The notes under the pieces were generated by a model that saw only the letters and a list, made by a program, of their open reading frames with translations, was not told where the DNA came from and did no database searches. From positions 1 to 32,000 of the forward strand of contig NC_006139.1 in assembly GCF_000025945.1 (NCBI RefSeq): DNA of 32,000 nucleotides. Direction: 5' to 3'. Both the position numbers and the translations under genes were made by a program. Positions 28,217 through 32,000 of this stretch are shown here, one piece after another. The DNA is from Desulfotalea psychrophila LSv54 (lineage in GTDB: Bacteria > Desulfobacterota > Desulfobulbia > Desulfobulbales > Desulfocapsaceae). The first letter of the stretch is position 1; each line of letters begins with the position of its first letter.

Positions 28217-29026
28217 TTTTGTTTGTGGTGGACAAATGGTGGACAGTGGGTTCCTAGTCCTCTTTTTTACCATGTCGCTCTGCTGTCTCAAGTTCATTTC
28301 TTCTCCAGCCCGACGCACTTCATACTTCAGCAATCCCTCAATCAGACGATACACAGCAATATAAATATTTTCATCTTTGGCGGTACTGCGACCAATAATA
28401 TTTAACACCTTGCCAGGACGCTCATGTTTGAAGTGGGCAAGGTTTGCCAAGCTTCTGCGGTGACCGATGGTTGGCATCTCTTTTTCCCCGTAACGCCCGC
28501 TAAGAGGTTCTGTGAGCGACCTACATCATCTGGGTGCCCAAAAACCCCCTTCATATACAGATTATGCGCTATAACGGCATCTCTACCAGCAATATCCACC
28601 CCTCATTGACACCCCCTGATACTATTTTCTTCGACCTGCTGGCTTTCCTTTAAGAACCTGCCACTGGCACAACTCTTTCCTATGTTTGAATCCTTGCTAG
28701 CACCTGTGCCTCTCTTTTTTGCCATTGTCCAATGTTACTCTGCAGAATTTCCGCTAACTAATCATAGGCCTCCAACACGTACATCTAAGAATGCTTAATC
28801 ATTGCTCATAACAAGGAAATAGTGTAAGGACAGAGGTGGAGCCCTCAATGCACCCACTTGTAAGGGGATAGCTGTGGGTGTTTAGATTGAAAGAAATTTG
28901 GATCATACGGAGGATATCCGGTTATCACTCGTTGTTGAATGAAAAAGCGTTGTCAAATTGTGTTTTGGAATGATATCAGGAAACCGGATAATAACTTGTT
29001 ATTTGTGAATGCAAATTAAATAGAGG

Positions 29027-30739
29027 ATGAGTATGTCAAATCAGCAATCTCTTAATCAATTTTTTACTCGTAAGTTTCTCCATGTTCCAAAATATCAGCG
29101 CAGTTACGCATGGGAAAAGCATAATGTCCGAGAATTATATGAAGATATTCAAGAATCGTATGAAACAAATTCTACTCATTATATCGGTACAGTTGTCTTA
29201 GCTAGAACAGAGAACAAAGATATCTTTAATATTGTTGATGGGCAACAACGTATTACAACAATAATCATGTTCATAAATGCGATAATTGATAGCCTTGAGG
29301 ATGATCAAGATAAAGAATATTACAAACGGTTTTATATAAAATCAAAAGACCAATACAAATTAACACCATTAGAAAGAGATGTTGGTTTTTTCAACAGTAT
29401 ACTTGACGGAAATTGCTCAACAGATCCACATAGTAAGAGCCAACGATACTTACTCGATGCCTATACTGAAATAGTAAATATAATAGAACAATTAATAGAC
29501 AAGCCAACAGAGTTCCTCAAAGCAATAGAGGACTTATACATTCTTGAATTCATTGAGAGCAACGAGTCTGACGCAATACGTATTTTTCAGACAGTTAATG
29601 ATAGAGGTAAAGAATTATCACGCATGGACAAAATGAAAAGTCTGCTATTTTATTTTTCAAATAAATATTTAAATGAAAAGTATGATGATGAAATCAACAA
29701 TACATTTGGAGAAATTTTTGAATTATATGATAACATCAAATTAATAGGTGAAGAGCAAAATATTAACATTATTAACTCAAGGCTTTTTACTGAAGATGAC
29801 CTGCTAAGACAACATCATATTTGCTTCTCAGAAGAAAGTTACGACCCTACTGCTCAACAGGTGATGGATAATGTAAAGTTGACTCTAGTAAACTTTAGAA
29901 AAAGTGGTGAGACAAAAAAACTTGACAATTTCATAACAACGTACATTAAAAGTTTGCTTGAGTATATCCGCGCATTCAAAAGAGTTGTTTCTAGAACTCT
30001 CACAGATGAAAGATATTATAAATTATTTTCAATTCTTGGGTTGTCAGCTGTTTATTATCCGGTAATCACACAATTAGAAAACAGTGGGTTTCTTGGAATG
30101 AATTTACCGTCTAAATCGATCACCGTAGTGGAAATGGTTGAAATTATAGATGTTCGTGTATTCAAGGTACGCGATTATGCTGGTAAAAAACGTGTTGCAG
30201 AATTCGCATATAATTTAATTCATGAAAAATGGAAAATAGAGGACATCGAAGAACACTTATTATGGTTTAATTCTTTTGAAATCAGCAATGATAGATTCAA
30301 GGATTATCTATCAGACTATGACTACTATAAGCAAACAGGATTATTAAGGTTACTATTCCTTGATTATTGCGAAAGGTTAAATAAAAAGCAGTATTCACTG
30401 ATTGAGTTACAAAAAATAATGGGCAATGATCCAACCATTGAGCATATTTTATCCCAAACGCCCAAATTTAAGCCTCGAAGTTTCGGGTTTAAAAACGGTG
30501 AAGATTTTGATGAATATAAAAATATGATCGGTAATTTATCTTTGCTTGAGAAAAAAATTAATAGTTCTATTAAAAATTCAGATTTATCAGACAAGGTAAA
30601 TGGATATAGTAAGAGTAAATTCAAAATGACTCAACAATTAGCTACCCTATTATCTCAAACAAAATCGTTCAAAAAGAAAACCCTTAGAGAACGAAGTGTA
30701 TTATTGGTTGAAGATTTTGCGACACGTTGGTGGGCATAA
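29027..30739 (+). CDS. DUF262/DUF1524-like protein, GmrSD-type restriction family candidate
   Basis: 570 aa. 'VPKYQRSYAWEKHNVRELYEDI', 'FNIVDGQQRITTIIMFINAI' (DGQQR), C-terminal 'PTIEHILSQTP...MIGNLSLLEKKINSSIKNSDLSDKV'. Confidence 0.85.
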   Translation: MSMSNQQSLNQFFTRKFLHVPKYQRSYAWEKHNVRELYEDIQESYETNSTHYIGTVVLARTENKDIFNIVDGQQRITTIIMFINAIIDSLEDDQDKEYYKRFYIKSKDQYKLTPLERDVGFFNSILDGNCSTDPHSKSQRYLLDAYTEIVNIIEQLIDKPTEFLKAIEDLYILEFIESNESDAIRIFQTVNDRGKELSRMDKMKSLLFYFSNKYLNEKYDDEINNTFGEIFELYDNIKLIGEEQNINIINSRLFTEDDLLRQHHICFSEESYDPTAQQVMDNVKLTLVNFRKSGETKKLDNFITTYIKSLLEYIRAFKRVVSRTLTDERYYKLFSILGLSAVYYPVITQLENSGFLGMNLPSKSITVVEMVEIIDVRVFKVRDYAGKKRVAEFAYNLIHEKWKIEDIEEHLLWFNSFEISNDRFKDYLSDYDYYKQTGLLRLLFLDYCERLNKKQYSLIELQKIMGNDPTIEHILSQTPKFKPRSFGFKNGEDFDEYKNMIGNLSLLEKKINSSIKNSDLSDKVNGYSKSKFKMTQQLATLLSQTKSFKKKTLRERSVLLVEDFATRWWA

Positions 30740-30869
30740 ACTACATAACAAGTCAATACAGCGGAAAATCAGGGATTGGTCCTATCGAAATATCTTTGTT
30801 AATTTCGAATATGTTATTTCAAGACTGTTCATCCTGCCCCCTGTTTTCCACTGATTTCAAACGTTGCCG

Positions 30870-31230
30870 GGCCTTGTTGCATAAATCATGAGAGAAGGAA
30901 ATCAGTTTCTCTCTGCTCCATTCCATATTAGCAAACAACCCCTCGAACAGACATCCCTCTTGTTCAAAGCCTTGATCGCAGCCCTACCTGCTTGAACACT
31001 CCCTGTACTTGGCTACGGTCACGCTGTCCCGATGGTGTCGTGCTGTACCAACTTTCAATCGCTTTCTTGTCCACCCAAAACGTCAACGCCGTTGTTTCAG
31101 CACTCTATTATATTCTGGCCAATTTTTGATCTTTCCCCTGCGCTCTCTCATAACTCTCCCAATGTTTTCTGTGTGTTACAAGAAAACATCATCGAGCAAT
31201 GCTAGCAACTTCTATTTGTGCAACAAGGCC
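30870..31230. mobile_element. Internally deleted IS remnant or MITE-like element
   Basis: Termini GGCCTTGTTGCATAAAT (30870-30886) and ATTTGTGCAACAAGGCC (31214-31230) form a 17-bp inverted repeat with one mismatch. The 361-bp interior has no intact transposase. Confidence 0.6.
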
Positions 31231-31424
31231 ACTGGATATCAATCAAAAACGAGTGATAACCGGAAACTGGATATCACTACATGATCCAAATTCCTCACAC
31301 TCTCTCTCATAGATCAATTTATGCCCTTGTACAGAGGGGAGTATCACAAGGGGATCGTGATGCTAATCTGTTGTTCATCCACTTCGCAGATAAGTTTTAT
31401 GTCTGCAACGATTTGTTATGCGTA

Positions 31425-31738
31425 TTACGCACCGGACACCTGAAGCCTGGCAATCTTCGCCCGTAGATTCTTTGCCAGTTCCTTTTTGCCCGTACCATAG
31501 TGCAGTTCGCGGTGACAATTGGGGCAAAGTGCTCACGTATGGTCTTGCCACCAACAGTAATACCTTCTAGAGCAACTTTAGTCTCTTTTAAGGTCAGGGT
31601 ATTTCCTTCAATGGCGTTGGAGTTGTAGGTCCAGCGCAGAACAAGATCTTCGTGCAGGTTCGAGACTACCTCGGCAGGCAGAGGGCGATAGGAATCGAGG
31701 GTTTTTTTTTAATAATCCAGTTGTGTATAGTCGCTCAT
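31425..31738 (-). pseudogene. Chimeric remnant: Fic-family N-terminal part joined to HNH-endonuclease C-terminal part
   Basis: Minus strand 'MSDYTQLDY*' then 'VVSNLHEDLVLRWTYNSNAIEGNTLTLKETKVALEGITVGGKTIREH', followed in another frame by 'LCPNCHRELHYGTGKKELAKNLRAKIARLQVSGA*'. Confidence 0.6.
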
Positions 31739-32000
31739 TGTTTTCTTTGACGTTAAATTATGGCAGTTTTACTGCCTTTACGGCGTTTTAAGTAGATTGC
31801 ATGGTAACAGCAAGCTTGTCTCCCTGGCAATGTTTTTTGAATACAGGCGAGACTTGTTTGTTGCGGGGAGGGTCACTACATAATGGAGGGTAGAATTAGT
31901 ACGAGATTGGCCCCACAAGGTTTTAATTGTCGTTAACTCTCTCTGTATATGTTTTTTAGTGAAAATCTTATTGCGTTCGCTTGAGCTCCGCATTGTCAGT

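Noticed and set aside
28199-28599. 92- and 65-aa minus-strand ORFs considered as an integrase remnant.
   Set aside because: No recognizable recombinase catalytic motifs could be read, so no call is made.
31778-31993. 71-aa minus-strand ORF at the window edge.
   Set aside because: No recognizable motif and no clear start context; probably non-coding DNA around a mobile element end.

Overview
The window looks like the backbone of an IncP/Ti-like conjugative plasmid, or a plasmid-derived integrated element, plus accessory cargo. Left to right: (1) an iteron-rich candidate oriV (565-2007) with 16 full copies of CGGTGGTTATCTTACAYR in two spacing regimes (21-22 bp and about 160 bp), plus a separate 5 x 24-bp repeat array. 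(2) A TrfA-like replication initiator and a ParA plus small-partner module on the minus strand. (3) A cargo ORF that looks like a PD-(D/E)XK nuclease-like protein. (4) A group II intron with reverse transcriptase, next to a terminator and a tRNA-Ala 3' fragment. (5) A small 1.3 kb island between duplicated tRNA-Ala 3' ends. (6) A decayed second parA and a second copy of its small partner. (7) A traK-traL-traM then trbB-C-(DE)-J-[K-like]-L-F-G-H-I mating-pair-formation operon, then an ArdC/primase TraC-like protein, TraG/VirD4, TraF and TrbM. traG carries an in-frame TAG. (8) A truncated relaxase-like C-terminal fragment next to tRNA-3'-end-like sequence. (9) A DUF262/DUF1524 (GmrSD-like) gene between 16-bp perfect inverted repeats, an IS remnant, and a Fic/HNH chimeric remnant. 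Family names are from sequence pattern recognition only; no database search was run. No complete relaxase and no integrase was seen. I do not claim a proven new system. The best leads are the two-period iteron array, the nuclease-like cargo ORF, the duplicated/decayed partition locus with 12-bp-phased boxes, the antisense lipoprotein in the trb operon, and the TAG in traG.
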